Below are positions 56,947 to 64,000 of a stretch of 64,000 bases of DNA, in pieces (the stretch's first letter is position 1; each line of letters opens with the position of its first letter). This DNA is from a virus (Duplodnaviria > Caudoviricetes), in IMG/VR virus record IMGVR_UViG_2934897587_000001, positions 1,460 through 65,459 of that record; one strand, given 5' to 3'. The notes below the pieces were generated by a model, which was not told where the DNA came from, did not search any database, and saw nothing but the letters and a program-made list of their open reading frames with translations. A program made the position numbers and the translations under genes.

Positions 56947-57608
56947 TGCGGCCGCAGGTGCGCGCGGAGGAACGTCGCTGGCGCCGCGGCGACGCGCTGA
57001 CCGTGGCGGGCGCTCTGCTGCTCGGCGCGGTGATCGGGTGGATCGTGCTCACCGTTCAGCAGCTCAGCGGCGAATTGCAGGATGCCAACCAGGCACGGGA
57101 CTTGCTCGCTCGGCAGGTGCAGCACCTCGGCGCCCGGCCGGTGGCCGGCCCGCCCGGCAGCCGCGGCGATCCCGGTCCGGCGACCCGAGGACCGCGCGGT
57201 GCCCGGGGGCCGCAGGGTGAGCCCGGCGAGCCGGGGCCGAGCGGGCCGAGCGGCAAGAACGGCGCGGCTGGGAAGGCCGGCCGGAACGGATCTGACGGGT
57301 CTGAAGGTGCCGCCGGGAGCGGTGGGTCGCCGGGGCCCTCGGGCAACGACGGTGCCGCGGGGGTAGCTGGGGCGCCTGGCCCGCAGGGGCCGCGGGGCGA
57401 ACCGGGCCCTGCGGGGAAGGACGGCACGGACGGGCGTGATGGCGAGGACGGCCGGCCATGCCCGGACGGCTACTCGCTCCAGCCCCCGGCTGGGGATCCG
57501 GATGCTCTGGTGTGCCGCCGTGATGGCGCTCCGGCACCGTCGTCCCCATCGCCCGGCCCGAGTGCTACGACCCCGGCGATTCTGGCTCCTGATCGGCGCA
57601 GATCTTGA
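56943..57608 (+). CDS. Membrane-anchored collagen-like protein
   Basis: N-terminal TM, long G-X-Y tract, CPDGY...VC. Confidence 0.8.
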   Translation: MMRPQVRAEERRWRRGDALTVAGALLLGAVIGWIVLTVQQLSGELQDANQARDLLARQVQHLGARPVAGPPGSRGDPGPATRGPRGARGPQGEPGEPGPSGPSGKNGAAGKAGRNGSDGSEGAAGSGGSPGPSGNDGAAGVAGAPGPQGPRGEPGPAGKDGTDGRDGEDGRPCPDGYSLQPPAGDPDALVCRRDGAPAPSSPSPGPSATTPAILAPDRRRS

Positions 57609-57610
57609 TG

Positions 57611-57646
57611 AGGCCCCGCCCCTGCTCCGGCAGGGGCGGGGCGCTT
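57611..57646. terminator. Bidirectional terminator between convergent genes
   Basis: gccccgcccctg / caggggcggggc. Confidence 0.65.
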
Positions 57647-57654
57647 CGTCGTGT

Positions 57655-57810
57655 TCAGGCTGGACGGACGGCGGAGGACCATGCGGCGAGCAGCCGCTCG
57701 TACTCCGCCTGTTCCTCGGGCCACAGGGGGCGTCCAGTGCGGGCGGCCATGAACTCGCGTATCGCGCGGTTGGCCTCGGCGGCGGCGTCGGGGACGCAGG
57801 TGGTCGCCAT
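57655..57810 (-). CDS. Small hypothetical protein divergent from the XRE-TPR regulator
   Basis: AAEANRAIREF...EYERLLAAW pattern. Confidence 0.65.
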   Translation of the reverse strand: MATTCVPDAAAEANRAIREFMAARTGRPLWPEEQAEYERLLAAWSSAVRPA

Positions 57811-57957
57811 GCGCGCATCGTACGGCGCCCCGCTGACATCCGCTCGGCCTTTCGTGCCCGTCACGCGAACGGCCCCCGCCTTGGCGGGGGCCGTTTGATG
57901 TACCGCTCCGGCCGGCCGGGGGTACCGTTCTGGTGTCGAGTCAGAACGGAGCCCAGT

Positions 57958-59139
57958 ATGCCTGCCATCCCGCCTGAGCACACCGGCGCGCGCGTAGCGC
58001 GTCTCCGGTCCCTCCACCACCTCACACAGACCGGTCTCGCGCAGCGCGCCCACATCTCAACTTCCCTGCTCAGCAAGGTGGAACAGGGGCGAGCGCCTGC
58101 CAGCCCGGCGTTCATCGGCGCGGTGGCCCGCGCCATGGGTCTGTCGACCGCGGACATCACCGGCCAGCCGTACATAGAGGAGCTGCGCGCGGACCAGCTC
58201 GATAGCCTGATCCAGCCGATCCGTGAGGCGCTGGACGTCTACGACCTCGGGGCCGATCCGGAGATTCAGCCGCGGGGGCAGCTCGCTCTGGACGCGGCGG
58301 CCGACCAGCTCTGCGCGATGGTTCGGGAGACGAACATCAAGGGTGCCGCTGCTGAGCTGCCCGGCCTGATCCACGAGGCGACGACCGCAGCCTACCTGGC
58401 CCCGTCGGACGCGATGTGGCGAACCCTGGCGAGCCTGTACCGCACGGCGTACGACGTCGCTACGAAGCTGGGCTACGCCGACCTCGCCACGCTCGCGCTC
58501 GACCGGCTGGAGTGGGCAGCCGCTCGCGCGTCGGACGCTGTGCTGGGCACGCTGCGGCAGTACCTGCGGGGGCTCGCGTATCTGCGGGCCGCGCAGTACA
58601 CGACCGGCAAGCGCCTTGTGTCGCTGGGCCTGCGGACCGTCGAGCAGGCCGAGGGGGGGCTGCTGCGGGATGTGGTGACGGGGCAGCTGCACCTCGGCGC
58701 GGCGATCCTGGCCGCCCGGGACCAGCGCGAGGACGACGTCACGGGGCACCTGGCCGAGGCGGAGCGGATCGCCGAGCGGACGGGCCCGGCGGAACAGGCG
58801 CTCTGGGTCAGTTTCGGGCCGGCGAATGTGGCGCTTCACCGGGTGGCGGCGCTGGCGGAGATGGACCGGTACGCCGAGGCGGTGCAGGCCGCGCGCGGGG
58901 TGGATCTGAGCACGCTGCCTCCGTCCCGGGTCGGGCACCACCATGCGGACGTGGCCCGCGCTGAGCTGTGGTCGGGGCGCCCCGATGATGCGTACGGCTC
59001 CCTGCGGCGGGCGCGGCTGGTGGCGCCGCAGCAGACGCGGTACAGCCCGGTGGTGCGGCAGACGATGGAGGACCTGACTTCGCACTACCGCTCGGTGCCT
59101 GACAGCTTCTCCAACTTCGCACATTGGATTGGCATGTGA
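57958..59139 (+). CDS. XRE HTH plus TPR-like helical regulator
   Basis: LTQTGLAQRAHISTSLLSKVEQG; FGPANVALH; APQQTRY. Confidence 0.88.
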   Translation: MPAIPPEHTGARVARLRSLHHLTQTGLAQRAHISTSLLSKVEQGRAPASPAFIGAVARAMGLSTADITGQPYIEELRADQLDSLIQPIREALDVYDLGADPEIQPRGQLALDAAADQLCAMVRETNIKGAAAELPGLIHEATTAAYLAPSDAMWRTLASLYRTAYDVATKLGYADLATLALDRLEWAAARASDAVLGTLRQYLRGLAYLRAAQYTTGKRLVSLGLRTVEQAEGGLLRDVVTGQLHLGAAILAARDQREDDVTGHLAEAERIAERTGPAEQALWVSFGPANVALHRVAALAEMDRYAEAVQAARGVDLSTLPPSRVGHHHADVARAELWSGRPDDAYGSLRRARLVAPQQTRYSPVVRQTMEDLTSHYRSVPDSFSNFAHWIGM

Positions 59140-59160
59140 CATAGCGCCACGTCAACCTTT

Positions 59161-59196
59161 GGCCCCAACTAGCAAATTGCTTTGCTAGTTGGGGCC
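59161..59196. repeat. Perfect 16-bp inverted repeat (terminator or operator)
   Basis: ggccccaactagcaaa-ttgc-tttgctagttggggcc. Confidence 0.85.
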
Positions 59197-59249
59197 TTTG
59201 CGCGTCGGCATTCTGATGGTGTCAGGAGACCACTCCCACCCGGGGGCCG

Positions 59250-59570
59250 ATGATGCAGACCCACCCGCCAGCGCCGGAAGGCGCGGCCGCGGCTACCGAC
59301 ACGATCCGGCGCGCGCTGGAAGAGGGGCCGCCCCCGCCGTACGACGAGCTGGTGGCGCTGGAGCAAACGCTGCTCCTCATCATCGCGGACCTCTATGCCA
59401 CGGTCGCTGAGCAGCAGCTCGACCAGCGGGAGCATGCCTCCCTGAACGCGATCCGCTACCAGACTGCTGTCGGCCTGGGGACCGGGCTGGTGTCTGCACA
59501 CCAGCAGGTCCGGGCTCTGGCTCGGAACTGCCAGTGGCTGCTGGAGCGGACCCAGGGGGCCCGTTCGTGA
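59250..59570 (+). CDS. DUF6415-like protein
   Basis: G.GLVSAHQQVRALAR.C..LL pattern. Confidence 0.65.
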   Translation: MMQTHPPAPEGAAAATDTIRRALEEGPPPPYDELVALEQTLLLIIADLYATVAEQQLDQREHASLNAIRYQTAVGLGTGLVSAHQQVRALARNCQWLLERTQGARS

Positions 59571-59968
59571 CCGCACCGCTGGATGTGCAGGCCCCGCTGG
59601 CGTTCATCTACGACCGGTGCGCATCACGCCGTGCTCGCCGCGAGCTGGACATGCGGCTGACTGGCTGCCACGCCTACGTGGACCGCATGGGCTGGGTCCT
59701 CGCCGCCAGCCCGTGGCGGGACTTCGGCGCGGACGCGCTCGGCACGAGCCGCCCGGCGCTGACCGCCCTGGCGGCAGCGATGCAGGCGGAGGCGGCCCGG
59801 CGGCCGGTGCTGTGCCTCGTCCACGACTGGGGCCGGTTGGCCACGGACGACACCCACCGGTCCGTTCTCCAGCGGCGGATCATCGAGGCGGGCGGCTGGA
59901 CGGCCACGACGTTCGGGGAGTCCGACGAGCACGCCGCCCGCGCCATCGCGGTGGGGAGGTCGTCGTGA
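59567..59968 (+). CDS. Stand-alone degenerate serine-resolvase catalytic-like domain
   Basis: FIYDRCAS, GW...W.D.G, RPALTAL, LVHDWGRL. Confidence 0.65.
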   Translation: MTAPLDVQAPLAFIYDRCASRRARRELDMRLTGCHAYVDRMGWVLAASPWRDFGADALGTSRPALTALAAAMQAEAARRPVLCLVHDWGRLATDDTHRSVLQRRIIEAGGWTATTFGESDEHAARAIAVGRSS

Positions 59969-60060
59969 CGCGTGATCAACGCCGCATGGTGGCGTATCTG
60001 GTGTGCCTGGGCGCGCTCGCGGTCGTGCTGTTCGTCGGCATCGCGAGGGGGCCGCGATGA
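59965..60060 (+). CDS. Tiny single-TM peptide
   Basis: GGAGG RBS, GTGA/ATGA overlaps; hydrophobic 31 aa. Confidence 0.45.
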   Translation: MTRDQRRMVAYLVCLGALAVVLFVGIARGPR

Positions 60061-60275
60061 CGGAGACGCCCGTCGAGCAGACGTGCACGGTCTGCGGCAC
60101 GACGGAGGGGCTGATCCGTCAGTACTTCCAGTCCCTCAGCGGCCCCGGCTGGGAGCGATGGTATTGCGAGATCTGCATCGCGCTGCCGCCGGTGCACAGC
60201 GACGGGGTGGACCAGCTGTTGGCCGCCGCTGACGGTCGGTGGACGCCGGGCGAGCCCTGGCCGCCCCGCCCCTGA
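60057..60275 (+). CDS. Small zinc-ribbon hypothetical protein
   Basis: CTVC / CEIC. Confidence 0.55.
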   Translation: MTETPVEQTCTVCGTTEGLIRQYFQSLSGPGWERWYCEICIALPPVHSDGVDQLLAAADGRWTPGEPWPPRP

Positions 60276-60499
60276 GACTCCCGCGGCGCAGGCGTCCCCC
60301 GTCGTCGGCGCCGCGGGTCTGCCGGTCGCCGCGCATCTCACCGCGGCGGCGGCCGGCCACACCACCTGCCGTTACCGGCTGGTCAATGGCAGAATCACCA
60401 GTCCCCCGTTGGAGGGCCAATGCAGTGCGACAAGGATCTGTACGAGACGCGTGCGACGTGCGACAAGTGCGGCCAGCAGATGACGAACACGCAGGACGG

Positions 60500-60760
60500 G
60501 TGGGCGATCTGCTACCCCTGCGGCACCAGCAAGCCGCAGTAACGCCTCCCTGCCCGCTGTGCGGGAGCGCTCTGGTCAGCGCTCCCGCCGAGTGGTGGCA
60601 GTGCGCCGCGGACGATTGTCCATACGAGATGCTCACGCCGGCGTACGAGCTGTACTCCGAGCTGTCGGAGTTCGCCGACCGGGATCCGGCCGGCTTTTTC
60701 GCAATCGTGCGCGCCCACCGTGACGAGATGCGGGCGCTGGAACCGGCCTGGCTGAGGTAG
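60500..60760 (+). CDS. Small zinc-ribbon hypothetical protein (start uncertain)
   Basis: CPLC...C....CP. Confidence 0.4.
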   Translation: MGDLLPLRHQQAAVTPPCPLCGSALVSAPAEWWQCAADDCPYEMLTPAYELYSELSEFADRDPAGFFAIVRAHRDEMRALEPAWLR

Positions 60761-60783
60761 CCACCAATCCGGCGGCCTCACCG

Positions 60784-61026
60784 CTACGAATCCCGTACGA
60801 GGGTGGAGAGCGGGACGCCGAGCGCGTCGGCGATGAGCAATAGGTGGTCGAGGTTCGGAGATGTGTGCCCGTTCTCGATGCGGTTGACCGTCTTTCGATC
60901 TAACCCGGTGCGCTCGGCTAGAACCTCTTGTGTGAGGCTGCGGCGGATTCGTGTAGATCTGATGGCCTCTCCGATGGCCGCGCGGCGGCGGGGTACCCAG
61001 TCGGGCACGGGCTGGTCGGGTGGCAC
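60784..61026 (-). CDS. XRE HTH regulator
   Basis: IGEAIRSTR...LTQEVLAERTGLDRKTVNRIENG. Confidence 0.88.
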   Translation of the reverse strand: MPPDQPVPDWVPRRRAAIGEAIRSTRIRRSLTQEVLAERTGLDRKTVNRIENGHTSPNLDHLLLIADALGVPLSTLVRDS

Positions 61027-61124
61027 GGAACTACGCTCGGGCCACCAAGATCAAATGTCTGTACCTGGGTGGGTACATTCGTTGATCTAGGTCACGACAC
61101 CGTCACGGGTGATTGCATGATGAA

Positions 61125-61140
61125 TCGAACCTGTGTTCAC
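61125..61140. promoter_or_regulatory. LexA/SOS-box-like site
   Basis: TCGAAC-ctgt-GTTCAC versus actinobacterial TCGAAC-N4-GTTCGA; CATGAT -10 at 61116-61121. Confidence 0.6.
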
Positions 61141-61296
61141 ATGCTGGTGCCGTTCACCGAGCGGGCCAAGCGGCCCGCCGGCGCGATAGCCATCGCGAGC
61201 GGCACCCCCAGGCGCGCCGGGATGATGTTGGCGGCACCTTCGTCATCTCCGGCGCCGGGCCCCCTTCCCTTAACGGGAGGGGGGCTCACTGCTTTA
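61141..61296 (+). ncRNA. Candidate structured sRNA
   Basis: Three-way junction, hairpin and terminator-like hairpin; no convincing ORF. Confidence 0.45.
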
Positions 61297-61328
61297 TGGG
61301 TGCTGGCCTGCGGTGACGTCGAGCTTCG

Positions 61329-61404
61329 TGGGAGATATTTGGGAGACGGGACCCCGAGTTCAGACCGTAAGTAGAACGTGGGAGACCGTGAATAGAACGG
61401 GAGT
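61329..61404. promoter_or_regulatory. Putative integrase arm-type sites (right arm)
   Basis: TGGGAGAY at 61329, 61340, 61379; CGGGAG near 61398. Confidence 0.6.
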
Positions 61405-61412
61405 TGAAACAC

Positions 61413-61450
61413 AAGGCCCAGGCGGGGAAATCCCCTCACCTGGGCCTTTT
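61413..61450 (-). terminator. Phage-supplied terminator downstream of tRNA-Val
   Basis: aaggcccagg / cctgggcctt stem. Confidence 0.7.
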
Positions 61451-61474
61451 CGCCATTCACGCTGGCGGGATGGG

Positions 61475-61546
61475 TGGGCACAGACGGATTTGAACCGCCG
61501 ACATCTGCTTTGTAAGAGCAGCGCTCTACCGCTGAGCTATGCGCCC
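61475..61546 (-). tRNA. tRNA-Val (anticodon TAC)
   Basis: GGGCGCA-TA-GCTC..GAGC-G-CTGCT-CTTACAA-AGCAG-ATGTC-GGCGG-TTCAAAT-CCGTC-TGTGCCC-A cloverleaf. Confidence 0.97.
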
Positions 61547-61688
61547 TTGCCGAGCCGACAGACTACCTTGCCTCCGGGGCTGAACTGCAAACCAGTGCTC
61601 GAAGGGCGAACTTACCGGCCGGTGTGTTCGTTTCCGGTGAGTGGGAGAATGACATTCGGTCCTGGGGCGATCCGATCGGGAGAGGGAA

Positions 61689-63074
61689 GTGACGGCGACA
61701 GACACTCAGCCGCATGAGCAGCGAGAACGCCGTCGCGCCCGTGGGGGCCCGGTCCGGGATGTGGTGGCGCTCATGTTGCTGCCGTTGCCGCTGGTGGTGG
61801 CGATGGCGCCCTGGTCGTTCGCGGGTGGCGGGACCCGTCGCTGGTTCGGGCGGGGGGAAGGCCAGCGGGCCGATGCGCAGGCCGCGAAGGATGCCGCTGC
61901 GGCGTCGTTCTACGAGCTGGACACCGCGCACCGGGATCTGCGGATCTCCATAGAGACGATCACCGCCGTCGACACCTCGCCGCCCGCGCGGAAGGCCGCG
62001 GACGAGTACGAGGGCTTCGGCCGGCGGATCGACGAGGTGAGTCAGGGATACATCACCGCGGTCGACTCCCACGACCTGGACCGGGACGACCTCGACGGCG
62101 CCGCGATGGCGCGGGCGCGGGCCGATCTGACCCGTGCCAAGCAGGAGCTGGACCGGGTCAAGGGCGAGCTGGACCGCTTCGCGCAGGGGCTGGGGCCGCT
62201 GCTTCAGTCCGCCGAGACGCAGCTGGCGCGGCTGGCCCCGGCCGTGGAGCGGGCCCGGCAGGCACTGCTGGCGGCGAGCAATGCGCTGGACACGGTCCGT
62301 GCGCAGGGCCTGAAGGCCGATGATCTCGCGGCCCGGCTGGCGGCGCTCGGGCCGGAGCTGACCAAGCTCAATCAGGGCGCCGGGCAGCATGGCGTACAGG
62401 AGACGATCCGGCGCGCCGACGATGTGCTGCGCCAGGCCGAGGGTGTTCGGACCGAGGCCGAGCGGCTGCCGGGCAAGGCCGCGGAGATCGACAAGCGGCT
62501 GGTGTCACTGCGGACCCGGGCGCAGGCGATCACGACGCGTGCCGGGAAGGTCGATCCGGTCCTCAGCGAGCTGCGGCGGCGGTACAGCGCGGCGTGCTGG
62601 CAGGACCTCCAGCAGGTACCGGGGCAGGCCGCGCAGTCCGTCCAGCAGGCCGAGGTCAAGCTGCGGGAGGCGCAGCAGGCGCGGGACGAGCAGCGCTGGG
62701 CGGATGCCACGAGCCGGCTGGCGACCGTACGGGCGCTGCTGGACACCACCGATGAGGCGGTCTCGGCGGCCGGTGACCGGCTGCAGCGGCTGGATGCGGT
62801 CTCGTTCGACCGGCAGAAGGAGGTCGAGCGGACCCGCTTCGCCGTACGGGACGCGCAGCGGCTGGCGATGAGCGGGCGCAGCACCCCCGATCCGCGGCAT
62901 GCCGGTCCCCTGGACGATGCGGTGGCGCGGCTGGACCGTGCGGTCGCGGGCCTGGAGGGGCGCCATCCGGACTGGTGGCACTTTCTGCTGGAGACCGAGG
63001 CGGTACGGGAGACGGCGGCCCGGGTGGTGCAGGAGATCCGGGAGGCCAGGGGCGGGACCGGGACCGGCGGCTGA
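61689..63074 (+). CDS. Host membrane-anchored coiled-coil hypothetical protein
   Basis: 461 aa; N-terminal TM; long helical repeats; outside att. Confidence 0.8.
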   Translation: MTATDTQPHEQRERRRARGGPVRDVVALMLLPLPLVVAMAPWSFAGGGTRRWFGRGEGQRADAQAAKDAAAASFYELDTAHRDLRISIETITAVDTSPPARKAADEYEGFGRRIDEVSQGYITAVDSHDLDRDDLDGAAMARARADLTRAKQELDRVKGELDRFAQGLGPLLQSAETQLARLAPAVERARQALLAASNALDTVRAQGLKADDLAARLAALGPELTKLNQGAGQHGVQETIRRADDVLRQAEGVRTEAERLPGKAAEIDKRLVSLRTRAQAITTRAGKVDPVLSELRRRYSAACWQDLQQVPGQAAQSVQQAEVKLREAQQARDEQRWADATSRLATVRALLDTTDEAVSAAGDRLQRLDAVSFDRQKEVERTRFAVRDAQRLAMSGRSTPDPRHAGPLDDAVARLDRAVAGLEGRHPDWWHFLLETEAVRETAARVVQEIREARGGTGTGG

Positions 63075-63268
63075 GACTCCGGGGCCGGCCTTGGGGTGTG
63101 ATCTTGCCGGGTCCTGTGCGCGGGCTGGTGCCGCCGGGCCGGAAGCCTGCGGGCCAGGAGGGCGGCTGCGTGCCGCCTCGCCACCGGGTGCGATGGCGTG
63201 AACCCCTGCCCGGGCGGATCCTGGAGTGGAGTACGGCCCAGTCGGCACCTGCGCGAAGGAGGCCGGAC

Positions 63269-64000
63269 ATGGCTACTGGGGCTACTGGCCAGACCCTGCA
63301 CGGGCCCGTGAACCCGCTCCACCGGGCGAAGCAGCGGCACCACACACGGCTCGACGAGCATCTGCCCGTGGACCACCGGCTCAGCAAGGTCTACCGCATC
63401 GGCGCCGGGCTGATGGGCCTGGTACTGATCGCATTCGGCATCCTCGGGCTGACCCACCACATCGGCTACTTCGACACCGGCGGCGACACCGTTGCCGGGC
63501 TGAACACCAATGGCACGCTGAGCGTGCTCTCGATCGTCGTCGGCGCCATCCTCGTCGTCGGCATGGTGATCGGCGGGAACTTCGCCTCGACCCTCAACAT
63601 CGTGCTCGGCGGCCTCTTCCTCCTGAGCGGATTTGTGAACCTGGCGCTGCTGGACACCGGCGTGAACTTCCTCGCCTTCCAGATCCAGAACGTCCTGTTC
63701 AGCTTCCTGGTCGGGCTGATGCTGCTGGTCTTCGGGATGTACGGACGGGTCAGCGGCGGCCTCTCCCACGACAATCCGTACTGGCGCGCCCGGCACCCGG
63801 AGGAGGCGGAGCAGTTCGACCGCGGACAGCTACTTCCCGTCTCCGGTATGACGGCCGCACGGCAGGCGGCACGGGTCAAGATGCAGGGCTCCCCGCATGC
63901 CGGGCGCGGTTCGTTCGGCGCCGGCACGAGCGGGAGCAGAAGGCACACCACTGCCCTCGATCCCGGCACCCGGTCCGGTGGCGACACCAAGAAGCCCTGA
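63269..64000 (+). CDS. Host DUF4383-like membrane protein
   Basis: AAGGAGG RBS; 4 TM helices; GLNTNG.LS, NFLAF...NV.FS. Confidence 0.8.
   Translation: MATGATGQTLHGPVNPLHRAKQRHHTRLDEHLPVDHRLSKVYRIGAGLMGLVLIAFGILGLTHHIGYFDTGGDTVAGLNTNGTLSVLSIVVGAILVVGMVIGGNFASTLNIVLGGLFLLSGFVNLALLDTGVNFLAFQIQNVLFSFLVGLMLLVFGMYGRVSGGLSHDNPYWRARHPEEAEQFDRGQLLPVSGMTAARQAARVKMQGSPHAGRGSFGAGTSGSRRHTTALDPGTRSGGDTKKP

Larger units (their letters stand above)
2963..61521. mobile_element. Siphovirus-type prophage (~58.5 kb) integrated in tRNA-Val(TAC)
   Basis: Flanked by 22-bp direct repeat gacatctgctttgtaagagcag; integrase, immunity, replication, head, tail and lysis modules all present. Confidence 0.95.

Noticed and set aside
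57958-59250. Firm call of an arbitrium (AimR/AimP) system
   Set aside because: No small ORF with a signal peptide follows the XRE-TPR gene, so it is kept only as a speculative finding.
1-64000. CRISPR array or cas genes
   Set aside because: No regularly spaced 25-45-bp repeats with unique spacers were seen. The YqaJ nuclease pairs with RecT and is not a Cas4 in a cas context.

Overview
High-GC actinomycete DNA, most likely Streptomyces. Bases 1-2984 are the right end of a pSAM2-type actinomycete integrative/conjugative element (AICE: RepSA-Xis-Int). An apparently complete ~58.5-kb siphovirus prophage (2963-61521) follows directly. Both elements sit in tandem at a minus-strand tRNA-Val(TAC) gene (intact copy 61475-61546; displaced 3' half 2935-2984). 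Prophage order: tyrosine integrase, repressor/cro switch, early genes (YqaJ/RecT, WhiB, replication initiator, DNA methyltransferase, MazG-like, HNH), an accessory block, an SGNH/collagen protein, HNH-terminase-portal-capsid-tail genes, a lysis cassette and a terminal XRE-TPR regulatory cassette. Two host genes follow the tRNA. The most unusual items are: (i) a plasmid-like GntR(Kor) plus membrane 'spread' operon with two membrane-anchored winged-helix proteins resembling FtsK-gamma and TraB C-termini but no ATPase motor; (ii) two non-coding stretches with nested helices, one behind a LexA-like box next to att; (iii) a textbook RecA-independent (PafBC-type) DNA-damage promoter; (iv) tRNA 3' halves with compensated T-stem differences; (v) a phage integrase with a non-canonical catalytic signature. 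All protein assignments come from motif recognition and synteny by eye. No database searches were run.
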